Positions 51,801 to 61,767 of a stretch of 64,000 nt of DNA are shown here, piece by piece. Under the pieces are notes generated by a model. The model did not search any database and was not told where the DNA came from. It saw only the letters and a program-made list of their open reading frames with translations. The stretch's first letter is position 1. The number at the start of each line of letters is the position of its first letter. Both the position numbers and the translations under genes were made by a program. This stretch comes from Candidatus Hydrogenedentota bacterium (lineage in GTDB: Bacteria > Hydrogenedentota > Hydrogenedentia > Hydrogenedentales > SLHB01): contig CAXXYE010000004.1 of NCBI GenBank assembly GCA_963674865.2, positions 128,001 through 192,000 of the forward strand, in the 5' to 3' direction.

Positions 51801-54800
51801 GCTTGACGTGAGCGATGACGATTCGGTTAAGGACGGCGTATTCCGGCCTCTCGGCGGCTCGGGGACTGGAAACGGGGCCTATGAGGGTGGTGAAAGCTAC
51901 ACCGTAGACACGGCGGGCCCCGGCATAACCATCAGCGCGCCCTCTTCAAACTCCACGATCCTGGGCCCTGTGTTGTATACCGTCATCTACACCGACGCCG
52001 ACGCGGTGACACTCGCCGCGGGCGATGTGACGCTCAATACGACCGGCACGGCCGTTGGGACGGTTGCGGTTACGGGCGCCGGCAATGTCAGCCGCACCGT
52101 TCAAGTGACATCAGTAAGCGGTGTGGGCACGATTAGTATTTCCATTGCTGCCGGCACGGCTACAGACGCGAACGGCAATCCATCCCTGGCTGCGGGGCCG
52201 AGTCAGGTGTTTCAGGTTACCAACCCGGATTCGGACGGCGACGGGATCAACGACCAGGAGGAAGCCGCCAACGGCCTCAATCCCAACAATCCGAATGACG
52301 GCGTCGCGGATGTCGACGGCGACGGCTTGCTCGAGGCCCAGGAGATCAACACGTTTGGGACGGAGATTCTGGAGGCGGATACCGACGGTGACGGTATGGC
52401 GGACGGATTTGAGGCAATGTATGGACTTGCGCCTCTAGACGATAGCGATGCAGGCGAGGATGCCGACGGCGACGGCCTAACCAATCTTGATGAGTACCTC
52501 CAGCGCTCGAATCCCAACGATCCTAACAGTCCGCGTCGCACGTTCTTTGTTTCGACGGCGGGGAGCGACGTCGCCGGCGACGGCACGGCGAATGCCCCCT
52601 GGCGCTCCATCGGATACGCCATCGGCCAAACGGGGGCAAAGCAGACGTCCATGGCCATCGTCGTCTTGCCGGGGACGTACAGCGAGACGGTAGTCCTGAG
52701 GCCGGGACTCACGCTGCGGGGCTCGCTGACGGGAACGGCGATCATCGAGGGAAGCGGCCCCACCGTAGTTACGGGGGCCGAGGGCTGTGCACTTCAGAAT
52801 GTCACCATTTCTCAGGCGGCGGATGATCCCACCCCCGAGACGACACTATTGCTCTTGGAGGATGTGTCCGTCGAGGTTCGGGATGTGACGTTTCGCGGGA
52901 ATACGGCCCGCCAGGCAACCGGTATCGTGGTGCGGGGCCTTCTTCCAGGCACATCGCTAATCACCGACTGCGATTTCAGCCGGCTGGGCATTGGCATCGA
53001 GGTGTTCGGCGCGGTTCGGGCCATTCGGCGATGCGTCTTTGACGATCTGGCGCAATACGCGGTGGTGTTCCGCGAGATTCCGGGAGGAAAGAGCCTCTTT
53101 GCGGAGAAAATGCTGGGCGACGCTGACGATCCCAATACCGGCTACAACACCTTTGGCGAGACGGATACAGGTATTGCCGTTCGCAATGAGCGGGACGACG
53201 TGATCGCCATGGAGAACAACGACTGGGGCGTTGGGGCGAGCAAGGACGCCTCCGACCGTGTCGAAGGGCCTGCCGATCAGGAGCCGGCGCTCGCTGAGGG
53301 CGCGGGCTTGTTGGTGGCGGCGGTGAATTGCGTTCTCCTGGACCACTATTCGCTCTCACCAATCAGCGGAGGTTCGGCCACCGTGGGAACGTACACGGTG
53401 ACGGCGGATACCAACGGCGTCTATGTCTTCGCCTGTGTTGCGCCGGGCACGTATGACATGTCGGCCTCGGCCTCCGATTACAACACGATGACAAAGAACA
53501 ACGTGGTCGTCGCCGAAAGCGCCGTCATGGCCGTCACGTTTGACCTGATGCCGGATTCGACGGCGACGGACACCGACGGCGATGGGTTGAGCGATACCTA
53601 TGAGGGGCAAATCGGCACCGACCCGCTGAAGAAGGATACTGACGGCGACGGAATGAATGACGATGTCGAGATTGCCTACGGCACGGATCCTACGGATGGC
53701 AGCGACCCGGGCTGCCTTCGTCCCGGTGCGCCTGCCAATGTATCGGCTTCGGACGGCGCCTACGCGGATCGCGTGAGCTTGACGTGGGTGTCCTCCGGCA
53801 CAGGAGTGACGTACAAGGTCTACCGAAACAGCGTTGATGATTCCTCAACCGCAACGGCCTTGTCGGGCTGGATTTCCGCCACTCAGTACGATGATATGAC
53901 GGCCGCCGCACCGGCCTCCTCGTCGGGCGGGGGATGTGGTGGCGGGTCGACGCAGTACACCCACTATTACTACTGGGTCAAAGCAAACAACAGCTGCGGC
54001 GAAAGCCTGTTCAGTGATTCCGATTCAGGCTACCGCGGAAAAAGCGCCGCCAAGGCCGGTAGCCTGTTGGATATTGTCTCGCATCTAGGGGCCGACGAGC
54101 GCTTCATCTACGAGAAGGCCCTGCCGTCGTCGTCCGAAGAAGGCGTCCCGGCTCTGGTCGACCCGGACGGCCCACTCGCCGTGAGGCTGCGCAGCGAAGG
54201 GCCGATTGACCCCGAGAGTATCTGGGCCTGGGTGGCATGCTCCGATCCCGAGTCGGTGGCGATCCGTTGGATGCCTGCGGGCGAAGGCGAATTGCGCGAT
54301 TTGTGGGTTATTGCCGAGCCTCAACGTCGTTGGGCGCCTGGGGAAGAAGTCACGTTTACAGCGGGCGCTGACGAGATCGACTCCGTGGCTTTCCAGTTCC
54401 GTGTCCGGATGAAGGGCGGACTGTCCGAGCCGGCCGTATCTCAGCCGGAGGTCGCCGGCCTCAATGAGCCCGCTGTCGAAGTGTTCCAGCTCGACCCTGC
54501 CAGCCTTCCCGAGCTGGAGAGCGGCGTCGGCACGGCCTTCAGAATTGGCCCCGCGGAGGTCTTTGACGCGCCGAGACGCGTCTGGTTGCCTCTCCCTGCC
54601 GACATGACGGCTGGCCAGGTTGAACTCCGGTATTTCCACGAGGCGGAACCTGGCCGGGGATGGTATCCGGCGGCGAACGTGCTTGGGTGGGCTGAGAGCG
54701 CGAGTGAACTCGAATGCACGAGTGCGGGTGTCCGCTACGTTGGCATGGCAGTGCGCCACGGAGGCATTGCGCGGCTCCGATGCGCAAGCCAGGCGACCTC

Positions 54801-54939
54801 ACAATCTGCCGCAGTCTTGCCGCTGGGCGGCCTGAACCGCGGTAACGCGGGCGACCTGCTCATGCTGATAGGCGTGAGCGTCGCACTCCTGCTTGCGGGG
54901 AAGCGTAGTGTCGCTCGTAGGAGCCCTGGGAGGCGTTGA
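48835..54939 (+). CDS. 2034-aa secreted multidomain surface protein (beta-helix/choice-of-anchor Q-like modules, Ig-like domains, TSP3-like Ca repeats, FN3, C-terminal TM anchor)
   Basis: Signal peptide; GGG..N.A beta-helix repeats; DFHL..GS...DIG.DE and DYRL..NS.CIDAG..DIGAYE; DxDGDG repeats; [11 protein letters not shown]; terminal hydrophobic helix plus basic tail. Confidence 0.9.
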   Translation: MKTAKMGAFLGVLGLFVGHLASAQIHVDVNSDATTPDGLSWDTAYTTIQEGIDHPDATIYPVWVAEGEYVESIALKSGVKVYGGYPKGGGTRDTAANVTIINGNGAYHTVTIGSGAAAITNALVDGFTIKGGNADGTGGAESYYGGGVFFENADTTNGLANCLIEGNQAGFGAGIACYAAASPLISDCTINSNVASISGGGLAAFGTCAPGVSRCVFAANSATQNGGGVYLSNGDQTLSNCIFDSNDAAQGGGMYCTTSSGAAVTQEVRHCTFYGNTAGENGGGLFCASAMRGKVLSIANSIFMGNGQYAVYEAPDADLEPNIVKCLFYENPDGDYYDSMTDAQTGADNINLNVTGALNNLEGNPRFVDALAGDFHLQDGSVALERGSADWAVPVDIDGEGRPGNDGLIDIGVDEADALTAPADATAPVSRVRGLPAATPAAVFNVPYRVSDTASGFQYVELYYRYNGGAWTKYGGTYADNPISFDSAATGGDGRYDFYTIATDEANNVEAAPAEADDSTVVITAFAGATVYVDQDATGAETGASWANALHEIGAGVIVAINFGADQVWVAEGTYSEAITIDDIVKVYGGFTGVEADLVSRDPVANVTTIDGSQADYGAPAKHVVYLEYTTDSWLDGFTITGGQADRGFEPDNGGGGIYCDQVDNTNTIAQCVISDNAAALRGAGVCLINASPGIVGCSITENTSQGSGGAIFCQDASPALTNCVIAANTAVGPGGAIHSGHDASPTITNCSICDNTSSGMGGGFFCGSYNPISPVITNTVFRGNAEYAICRSNEGGSTPNLQVSYCLFYSNQFYDSDLGADQPGDIYDAYGAANPYAGATDVNGLAWASDCLDGAPAFISLAAGDYRLRYNSACIDAGDSATGGLPDTDAAGNPRIVNGLVDIGAYELNDLTAPGVVSVLRMDPSPTTSATVRFSVTFSEEVSGVDASDFALIAAGKALSGATIQSVTGVGDTYTVTVSTGTGEGTLRLDVSDDDSVKDGVFRPLGGSGTGNGAYEGGESYTVDTAGPGITISAPSSNSTILGPVLYTVIYTDADAVTLAAGDVTLNTTGTAVGTVAVTGAGNVSRTVQVTSVSGVGTISISIAAGTATDANGNPSLAAGPSQVFQVTNPDSDGDGINDQEEAANGLNPNNPNDGVADVDGDGLLEAQEINTFGTEILEADTDGDGMADGFEAMYGLAPLDDSDAGEDADGDGLTNLDEYLQRSNPNDPNSPRRTFFVSTAGSDVAGDGTANAPWRSIGYAIGQTGAKQTSMAIVVLPGTYSETVVLRPGLTLRGSLTGTAIIEGSGPTVVTGAEGCALQNVTISQAADDPTPETTLLLLEDVSVEVRDVTFRGNTARQATGIVVRGLLPGTSLITDCDFSRLGIGIEVFGAVRAIRRCVFDDLAQYAVVFREIPGGKSLFAEKMLGDADDPNTGYNTFGETDTGIAVRNERDDVIAMENNDWGVGASKDASDRVEGPADQEPALAEGAGLLVAAVNCVLLDHYSLSPISGGSATVGTYTVTADTNGVYVFACVAPGTYDMSASASDYNTMTKNNVVVAESAVMAVTFDLMPDSTATDTDGDGLSDTYEGQIGTDPLKKDTDGDGMNDDVEIAYGTDPTDGSDPGCLRPGAPANVSASDGAYADRVSLTWVSSGTGVTYKVYRNSVDDSSTATALSGWISATQYDDMTAAAPASSSGGGCGGGSTQYTHYYYWVKANNSCGESLFSDSDSGYRGKSAAKAGSLLDIVSHLGADERFIYEKALPSSSEEGVPALVDPDGPLAVRLRSEGPIDPESIWAWVACSDPESVAIRWMPAGEGELRDLWVIAEPQRRWAPGEEVTFTAGADEIDSVAFQFRVRMKGGLSEPAVSQPEVAGLNEPAVEVFQLDPASLPELESGVGTAFRIGPAEVFDAPRRVWLPLPADMTAGQVELRYFHEAEPGRGWYPAANVLGWAESASELECTSAGVRYVGMAVRHGGIARLRCASQATSQSAAVLPLGGLNRGNAGDLLMLIGVSVALLLAGKRSVARRSPGRR

Positions 54940-54988
54940 GCACCCCTTCTATCGGGGCGGCCGAGACCTTCGGCCTCTCGGGCAGAAC

Positions 54989-55822
54989 CTAGGACTGGCT
55001 CGTCTCAGGGGCCATATTCTGCCAAATGTCGGCGAGGCCCTCGCCCCGCTGATTTGGCATGTCAACAGGGCGGGCGCGGTACGGCCCACGTTCGAAGTCC
55101 TCCGGGTAGGCAGATGGCCATGGCTGGGGCGTCACGTGCACCTCATAGTACCGCGTTTCGAGCGACTCGAACGGCTCCGAGCGTATCCGCTTCGGTGTGC
55201 TGATCCAGATGAACCCCTTCTCGACGGAGTAGTCGAGACCCAAGGGCCGCAGAAGCGCGTCGAGGGCTTGGGACAGGGGAACGTTTTGCAGCCTGACACG
55301 CGGGACGTACCCGTCGGTGACGGCCGAAGCCGGCAAGTCTCGGGAGGACGGCCTCGGGGACGTGGTGAGTGTGGTGACGACTGGTACGGGCTGTGCACTG
55401 GGCTCGTGTATCGCGGGCCTGGCGGGACGCTCTGAGGCGCGCACCGGCTCGTCAGCGGCGGCTGAGGGCGCTGGCGCCGAACGCAAGGCCCTGATCTGTT
55501 TCCATGCCTCGTGCAGGGCAGCCCGCTGCGTCGGATCGGTATCGATCACCACCTGCCGCGGAGCCACCTTCGCCTTGGGCACCGCGATGGCCCGGCCGTC
55601 CCACGGCGTCTGGATGTAATACATGGAGCGGCCTTCGCGGACGTACACACCCTCATAAATCTTTCCGCCAAAATGGATTGAGTCTGCCGCGCAGATGCCG
55701 CTTATTCCGAAGCACAGGAGTATCCAGGCAAACAGCAGCGTCTTGCGTTGAGACGAGGGCCGGACGTTCTCCCTCCTTGCTGGTATCGAAGGATTCTTAC
55801 TGGTAGGTCGTAGCTCACACAT
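54989..55822 (-). CDS. Secreted hypothetical protein with STN/secretin-N-like domain
   Basis: Signal-like segment; Pro-rich linker; VRLQNVPLSQALDALLRPLGLDYSVEKGFIWISTP...LETRYYEV. Confidence 0.65.
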   Translation of the reverse strand: MCELRPTSKNPSIPARRENVRPSSQRKTLLFAWILLCFGISGICAADSIHFGGKIYEGVYVREGRSMYYIQTPWDGRAIAVPKAKVAPRQVVIDTDPTQRAALHEAWKQIRALRSAPAPSAAADEPVRASERPARPAIHEPSAQPVPVVTTLTTSPRPSSRDLPASAVTDGYVPRVRLQNVPLSQALDALLRPLGLDYSVEKGFIWISTPKRIRSEPFESLETRYYEVHVTPQPWPSAYPEDFERGPYRARPVDMPNQRGEGLADIWQNMAPETSQS

Positions 55823-56035
55823 TGCACTGCCTCTCCCCGGTGTAGGCCCGCCGCCCCTACCTCATGTCTTCCTTCGAACCAAGTATACCATCTACTGACG
55901 AAACCTGCTCGGCAAGTTGCACATATGCCAGATGTTAGAGGGTGAGAACCGGAAAAAGTCCCGCGAAAATAGGTTGCGCTCTTTGGTGGGGCCGCTGTAT
56001 AGTCTTGCAGGGGATATAGTCAATGGGGAGGCATC

Positions 56036-56992
56036 TTGGGCGAACTTCGACAGACTATCAAAGATGTCATCGCCAATGTCGAGAAGGTGATTCTGGACAA
56101 AGGCAAGACGGTGAGGATGGCCCTTGCCGCCGTGTTGGCCGGGGGACACGTACTGCTCGAGGATGTGCCCGGTGTGGCCAAGACCATGCTCGTCAGGGCT
56201 TTGGCCATTTCGAGCGGGTGTTCCTTTGTGCGCGTCCAGTGTACGCCCGACTTGTTGCCGACGGACGTCACGGGAGTTTCCGTATTCAACCAGGAGACGC
56301 GGAAGTTCGAGTTTCGGCCGGGGCCGATCTTCTCTCAAATCGTGGTGGCTGACGAGATCAATCGCGCTACGCCCCGCACCCAGTCGGCCTTGCTCGAGGC
56401 CATGGCGGAGGGCCAGGTGTCCGCGGATGGGACGACCTACAAGCTCAAGCAGCCGTTCATCGTGTTCGCCACACAGAATCCCGTGGAACATGAAGGGACA
56501 TTTCCCCTCCCGGAGGCCCAACTCGACCGCTTCATGCTCAAGCTGTCTTTGGGCTATCCCAACCTGATCGCCGAAGCGGATATGCTTGAAAGGACACGGC
56601 TGAGTCATCCCATCAACGCCCTTGAACCAGTGACGGACCCGACGACTATCCTGCAAATGCAGACTCTGGTGCGCGAGATCTTTGTCCATGAGAAGGTCCG
56701 GGACTACATCCTGAGGTTGGTGAACTGGACTCGCGACTCGACGCACCTGACCTTAGGTGGAAGTCCCCGGGCATCTATGGCGCTGTTTCGGGCTTCGCAG
56801 GCTTTGGCCGCCGTACAGGGGCGAACGTATGTTCTCCCCGACGATGTCAAAGTCCTCTTCCGGCCCGTCCTGGACCACCGGCTTATCCTTAACCCTGAAA
56901 GCAGGTTACGGCGAGTGACGACGGAAGTGGTTCTGCGTGAGACTTTGGAGCGTGTCGCCGTTCCGGCTGGGCAGGCCTCCTGGAAGAAGTAG
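56036..56992 (+). CDS. moxR: MoxR family AAA+ ATPase
   Basis: GHVLLEDVPGVAKT, TPDLLPTD, DEINRATPRTQSALLEAM, ATQNPVE.EGTFPLPEAQLDRF; TTG start after GGAGG. Confidence 0.95.
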   Translation: MGELRQTIKDVIANVEKVILDKGKTVRMALAAVLAGGHVLLEDVPGVAKTMLVRALAISSGCSFVRVQCTPDLLPTDVTGVSVFNQETRKFEFRPGPIFSQIVVADEINRATPRTQSALLEAMAEGQVSADGTTYKLKQPFIVFATQNPVEHEGTFPLPEAQLDRFMLKLSLGYPNLIAEADMLERTRLSHPINALEPVTDPTTILQMQTLVREIFVHEKVRDYILRLVNWTRDSTHLTLGGSPRASMALFRASQALAAVQGRTYVLPDDVKVLFRPVLDHRLILNPESRLRRVTTEVVLRETLERVAVPAGQASWKK

Positions 56993-57012
56993 TCGTATGA
57001 AATGTAGTGGCG

Positions 57013-57037
57013 TCAAGCTTCGCGGGGGCTTGATTTT
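57013..57037 (+). terminator. Putative terminator after moxR
   Basis: TCAAGCTTC-GCG-GGGGCTTGA hairpin (two G:U pairs) followed by TTTT. Confidence 0.5.
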
Positions 57038-57047
57038 GCCTTTCTGA

Positions 57048-57076
57048 TTGATTCCAGCCCGTCCTTCCTCTATCAT
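57048..57076 (+). promoter_or_regulatory. Putative sigma70 promoter of the kinase gene
   Basis: TTGATT-17 nt-TATCAT. Confidence 0.5.
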
Positions 57077-57118
57077 AGTGCTGACTTGTCAAGTAAGAAC
57101 TGGGATCCTGGCTGAGAT

Positions 57119-58078
57119 ATGTTACGACGCCTCAGAATCAAGAAGAAGCCCAAGAAGGACTCGAAGTCGTCCGACCAGAACTTCCGCGACGAGGAAGAGC
57201 GGGATGTTGACCTGAGCGAGGCGGAACTCGAGCTGACGCGGGTCGACCGCTACGAGATTGTGGCCCCTATCGGAACCGGCGGCATGGGTACCGTGTACAA
57301 GGCCATCGACCGCGAACGGGACCAGACGGTCGCGATCAAGGTCTTGGATCGGCGGTACGACCTCGATAAGAAGCGTCGGAAGCGCGACTACCTCGGCCGC
57401 GAGATTCTGATCGCGGCGTCGCTCAACCACGACAACATCATCCGCATGCACAAGGAGATCATCGAGCAGGAAGACTCGCAGGGGAACGTGCGAAGGTGCC
57501 TGCTGATGGAGTACGTGGACGGCCACAACCTCCGTAAACACATTGTCGACCGCGACCTTACCGTTCCGCAGATGCTCGACCTGTGCGTTCGCCTGTGTAC
57601 CGGCCTCGACTTCCTGCACCAGAACAACATCGTGCACCGCGACGTGAAGCCGGAGAACTTCCTGTTGTCGCGGGACTTGAAGCAGGTGAAGATCTGCGAC
57701 TTCGGCTTGTCGAAATCGAGTGCCAGTTGGCGCACGCGATGGGTGAAAGAAGGCGGCGGCACGCGCCGTTATATGTCGCCCGAGCAGCTGGCCAAGAAGA
57801 AGCTTGACGCCCGGTCGGATATCTTCTCGTTCGGCATCACGATGTACGAACTGCTCACGGGGAAGCATCCCTGTTCGGGAAATGACGCTCGGGAGATACA
57901 GCGGCAGATCCGGAGCAGTCGCTACAAGTTCGAGCCTCCCTCGAAGTTCTGTCCCGAGATCCCGCCACACCTGGACAAGATTATTCTCAAAGCCCTCCGG
58001 CGGAAGCAGGAGAGCCGGTATCAATCTGTCACCGAAATGCTTCTTGACCTGTCGCGCATTGGAGAATCACGCATTTAA
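57119..58078 (+). CDS. Hanks-type Ser/Thr protein kinase (soluble, kinase domain only)
   Basis: IGTGGMGTVY, VAIK, HRDVKPEN, DFG, GT..YMSPE, DIFSFG. Confidence 0.96.
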   Translation: MLRRLRIKKKPKKDSKSSDQNFRDEEERDVDLSEAELELTRVDRYEIVAPIGTGGMGTVYKAIDRERDQTVAIKVLDRRYDLDKKRRKRDYLGREILIAASLNHDNIIRMHKEIIEQEDSQGNVRRCLLMEYVDGHNLRKHIVDRDLTVPQMLDLCVRLCTGLDFLHQNNIVHRDVKPENFLLSRDLKQVKICDFGLSKSSASWRTRWVKEGGGTRRYMSPEQLAKKKLDARSDIFSFGITMYELLTGKHPCSGNDAREIQRQIRSSRYKFEPPSKFCPEIPPHLDKIILKALRRKQESRYQSVTEMLLDLSRIGESRI

Positions 58079-59313
58079 TGCATGTTCGTAAGAGGGACGA
58101 TCCGAGTCTCGGCAAGATTGTCGTCATCATTCTCCTCGTTGGCATTGCCCTTCTAGGGATTGCCAAGTTCTCTCAATGGTTCAACGAGAAGTACATCGGG
58201 GGCAATATTGCGGCGACCGCGCCCGCGAGTATCGCCGAGGCCGAACAGCACATCGATGAAGGAGCCGTTGAGGAGGCCCGGCGTCTCCTCAATCCTATCG
58301 TCAAGCGCCTGGACGACCCGGCCCTCACGCCTCGGGCCATGATGCTGTTGGCCCGGATCGAGCGGGACGCCGGCAACGTTGAGGGCGCGCGGGAATTGCT
58401 GGAGCGCGCTTCGCAGGAGTTCCCCACCAGCGCGGAGCAGCCGCGCGCTATGATTGCCTTGGCGCGCCTACTGGAAGACGCCGGGCAGGTCGAAGAGGCG
58501 CGCGCCCTATACCAGACGGTGCGAGATAATGCGCCGCCCAAGCTTAGGGCGCCTGCCACGGCAGCCGTCGGGCGGTACGTGGAGCGGGAGGGCGAATTGG
58601 CCCGCGCGCGCGATCTGTATCGCGAAGCGGTGTCCGAGGCCGAGTGGGGCGGGGAAGCGTGGAACGAAGCCCTTGATGCCATGGGGCGGCTGAATGTGAA
58701 GCTCATTTTCGCGCCCCAGGAAACGCCGGACTGCAAGTACTACACCGTCGAGCCGGGGGACACGATTACGGGCATTGGGATCAAGCTGAACACGACCCAG
58801 GGACTTCTTCTCCGGGCTAACGGCATCGAGGATGCGTCGAAACTGCGGCCCGGCCAGCGTCTGAAATACACGCCAAAGGACTTCCAGATCGTCATTGAGC
58901 GCTCGAGTTGTCAGTTGTTTCTGCTTGATGACGGCGGCCTGTTCAAGAGATATGCCGTGGGACTTGGCAAGAAGGGACATGAGACGACGCTGGGGAACTA
59001 TAAGATCGGCAGTAAGCAGAAGGATCCCACCTGGTATTGCCCCGAGGGAAGGGTGATTCCTCCCGGCGACCCCGAGAACGAACTTGGTACCAGATGGATG
59101 CCACTCGTTCCCGAGGAGGAGGGCCTTCCCAGCGATCTGGGAATTCATGGTACCATCGCCCCCGAGACGGTCGGGGAGTTCTCTTCAAAGGGCTGCGCCC
59201 GAATGATTCCCGAGGAGGTCGAGGAACTCTACGATCTGGTGGTGCGTTCAACGCCGGTCTCCATCGTCGAGACCTACCGTCAAGACGGGGCCGTCACTGA
59301 GGGCGGCGAGTGA
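58078..59313 (+). CDS. Membrane-anchored TPR-LysM-YkuD L,D-transpeptidase
   Basis: N-terminal TM; TPR-like helices; YTVEPGDT..I...N...LRPGQRL LysM; GIHGT...SSKGCARM catalytic motif. Confidence 0.93.
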   Translation: MHVRKRDDPSLGKIVVIILLVGIALLGIAKFSQWFNEKYIGGNIAATAPASIAEAEQHIDEGAVEEARRLLNPIVKRLDDPALTPRAMMLLARIERDAGNVEGARELLERASQEFPTSAEQPRAMIALARLLEDAGQVEEARALYQTVRDNAPPKLRAPATAAVGRYVEREGELARARDLYREAVSEAEWGGEAWNEALDAMGRLNVKLIFAPQETPDCKYYTVEPGDTITGIGIKLNTTQGLLLRANGIEDASKLRPGQRLKYTPKDFQIVIERSSCQLFLLDDGGLFKRYAVGLGKKGHETTLGNYKIGSKQKDPTWYCPEGRVIPPGDPENELGTRWMPLVPEEEGLPSDLGIHGTIAPETVGEFSSKGCARMIPEEVEELYDLVVRSTPVSIVETYRQDGAVTEGGE

Positions 59314-59366
59314 AGGGCGGCAGTTGGCCAAACGCGCAGTGGGGCCTAGGATGCCCCGGTGATCCC

Positions 59367-59396
59367 TTGACATAAAATCCATGGTGACGAGATAAT
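59367..59396 (+). promoter_or_regulatory. Putative sigma70 promoter
   Basis: TTGACA-18 nt-GATAAT. Confidence 0.5.
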
Positions 59397-59420
59397 CACT
59401 TGGTGAGAGGAACACGGGGC

Positions 59421-61091
59421 ATGAACTCCAAGCCGCCTTCCGAAACGCGCGACTTATTCGAGCGCATATTGCGGTGCGAGAAGGAAGCAGAGCACCAATA
59501 TGGCGGCGACGTGCTTGTCCCGGTGGACCATTTGCCCATCTTCCGGGTCCTTGCCGAGGAAATCTGCAAGCTCATGGCCGAGGAGCGCAGCGCGGGCGTA
59601 CTTGTCATCGTCGACGGCGCTACGGCCGCGCAGACGGAGTCTCTCGGCCGTCTCAGGACGGCGGCCGACCAGGTCGTCGTCATCGGGGAAAACGGGTTTG
59701 AGTGGGGCGGCAAGAACAAGGTCACCGTTTGCCCGACGGCGGAGAACATCACGCCGCAGGACCGGTTTCTCGTCGTGTTTTCCTCCTCTATCGCTCTTGC
59801 CGTGCTTGGAGAAGAGCGTGAGGGGGATGATGGGGCACAGACGTTTCACGGGGGGTGGTCCGCGTTGCGGTCGTGCGTGCGGAGAATAGCGCAGGCCCTT
59901 CTCGATGCCGCCGGGGTCGACCCGCCCGAGAGTTTCGGGCAGAAGCCTGAGGTGGGCGCCCAGACCCGGGCCGCGGCTTCGGCCATGCATCTTATGGCTT
60001 TGGTAACACGCCGGCTCGAGTCTCTGCAGAATGATGTTGTCATGGATAAGAACGAGCTGGCCTCGGTTCTTGACATTCTGAAAGCGATTTCGGCGAATCG
60101 TGGTACTCACGAGTTGTTCCTTCAATTTGTCCAGCACATCGCCGACGTAATCACGACAAACCGCTGTACCATCGTGAGTATCTCGGCGGATGCGCAGGAG
60201 GGCCATGTGCTGGCCTCGCACGAGGACCCAAGTGTCCGCGATATTCGCATCGACTTGAGTAAGTACCCGGAGCTGAAGCACGCCCTCGAGACGCGGGAAA
60301 AGGTGGTCATCAACGATGTCTGGCACCATCCTCTCACCGAGGGATTTACCGAGTACCTAAAGGTGACGCGATTCCGCTCGCTGATCGTGGTGCCCATCGT
60401 TCTGTTCGACGACGATGTCGGCACATTGCTGCTGCGGGCTGCGCGGCGTATCGGCTCTTTCGAGCAGCGTGAGATCAGTTTCTGTGAGGTTGTAGCAGAG
60501 GCGGCCGCGAACGCCCTTGAGCGTGCCCACCTTCTCGAAAGCCTTACGCAGGCCAACGAGCGCCTCGAACATCTCGCTGTCACCGATGGCCTCACGGGCA
60601 TCTACAATCACCGCTACTTTCGCGAGCGCCTTGAGGATGAGTATGAGCGTGCCATACGCTACGAAGTGCCCTTGTCGTGCATGATATTCGACATAGACGA
60701 CTTCAAATTGTTTAATGATACCTTCGGCCACGTGCAAGGCGACTCCATCCTTCGGGAAATCGCCGGCCGGACGTCGGACACGGTGCGAAAAACCGACGTC
60801 GTGGCGCGTTACGGGGGCGAGGAGTTCATCGTGATCATGCCGCAGACTGAGATTGAGGGGGCAATGGCTGAGGCGATGCGTCTCCAGCAGGAGCTCAGCA
60901 CCAAGCCCTACCCAGGGCTTCCGGAGGGGACTCAAGTTACGGTGAGTATGGGTGTCGCCGTGTTGGACGGGGACACGATGAAGGAATGTGAAGACCTTAT
61001 CCGCGTGGCGGATAAGGGCCTATACGAGGCCAAGGCCGGCGGCAAGAACAGAGTGGTCGCGGCCAGTGGTGATGGAGCGGAACCTGCATGA
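59421..61091 (+). CDS. Diguanylate cyclase (N-terminal DICT-like sensor, GAF, GGDEF)
   Basis: TDGLTG.YN, DIDDFK.FND.FGH, RKTD I-site, RYGGEEF. Confidence 0.93.
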   Translation: MNSKPPSETRDLFERILRCEKEAEHQYGGDVLVPVDHLPIFRVLAEEICKLMAEERSAGVLVIVDGATAAQTESLGRLRTAADQVVVIGENGFEWGGKNKVTVCPTAENITPQDRFLVVFSSSIALAVLGEEREGDDGAQTFHGGWSALRSCVRRIAQALLDAAGVDPPESFGQKPEVGAQTRAAASAMHLMALVTRRLESLQNDVVMDKNELASVLDILKAISANRGTHELFLQFVQHIADVITTNRCTIVSISADAQEGHVLASHEDPSVRDIRIDLSKYPELKHALETREKVVINDVWHHPLTEGFTEYLKVTRFRSLIVVPIVLFDDDVGTLLLRAARRIGSFEQREISFCEVVAEAAANALERAHLLESLTQANERLEHLAVTDGLTGIYNHRYFRERLEDEYERAIRYEVPLSCMIFDIDDFKLFNDTFGHVQGDSILREIAGRTSDTVRKTDVVARYGGEEFIVIMPQTEIEGAMAEAMRLQQELSTKPYPGLPEGTQVTVSMGVAVLDGDTMKECEDLIRVADKGLYEAKAGGKNRVVAASGDGAEPA

Positions 61092-61648
61092 AGCGTTCGA
61101 CATTCTTGACAGTTGCGGTGATGCTTGCGGCGGGCTGCCAATCAGTTGTGGGCACGGTGGCGCATGTGAAGCCTGATTATTCGGAACTTCCTGCCGAAGC
61201 GGTGCGCGCGGCAGCCGAGCAAATCGAGCGGGATGTGATTGCGGGCCGCCGCGATGCGGATTTGCCTGCTGTCCAGGGACTTTCTCTCGACAGTGCCGCC
61301 GTTAAGCAAGCGGTTCGGACGCGGGCGGCGCGGGCGGAACTCGTCAATCAGTTGCTGGATGCGGGATATGCCTGGGAGAAGGGCAATGGCCACATATACC
61401 TGCGCCCCAACGGCGCCTACAAGAAGGCCACGACCCGCCAGCAGCGCGATCGGAATGCCATGATCGTTGCGGGGGAGACCAATGACCGCTGGGCTATCTA
61501 TGAGGGCATCATGGAAGCGAATCACCTTTCTCCCGGAGCGCTCTCGGCCGTTCAGAAGCTCTTCTTCGAGGCCCGGACGCAGGTGATGCGTGATGGGCAG
61601 CAGTACGAAGCTGCTTCCGGAGAGGTGGCCGTGAAGGGGCAGCGTTAA
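61088..61648 (+). CDS. Lipoprotein, DUF1318/YdbL-like
   Basis: Lipobox LAAGC; E...G.I, ETNDRWAIY; ATGA overlap with the DGC stop. Confidence 0.7.
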   Translation: MKRSTFLTVAVMLAAGCQSVVGTVAHVKPDYSELPAEAVRAAAEQIERDVIAGRRDADLPAVQGLSLDSAAVKQAVRTRAARAELVNQLLDAGYAWEKGNGHIYLRPNGAYKKATTRQQRDRNAMIVAGETNDRWAIYEGIMEANHLSPGALSAVQKLFFEARTQVMRDGQQYEAASGEVAVKGQR

Positions 61649-61767
61649 GGGGCGGACGTTGCGGGATCGGTAACAGAGCATTCTGCGTAGCTGGGGGGAC
61701 ATCATTCACCTGCAGAATCGGACTGCCTGGGGGCGGGTATCCGGCGAGCACACACGTCCTTTGGATC

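Noticed and set aside
61740..61767. dif/Xer site next to the IS1202-type insertion
   Set aside because: No XerC/XerD-like arms (e.g. TTATGTTAAAT) are visible; dif targeting is a feature of the short-DR subgroup
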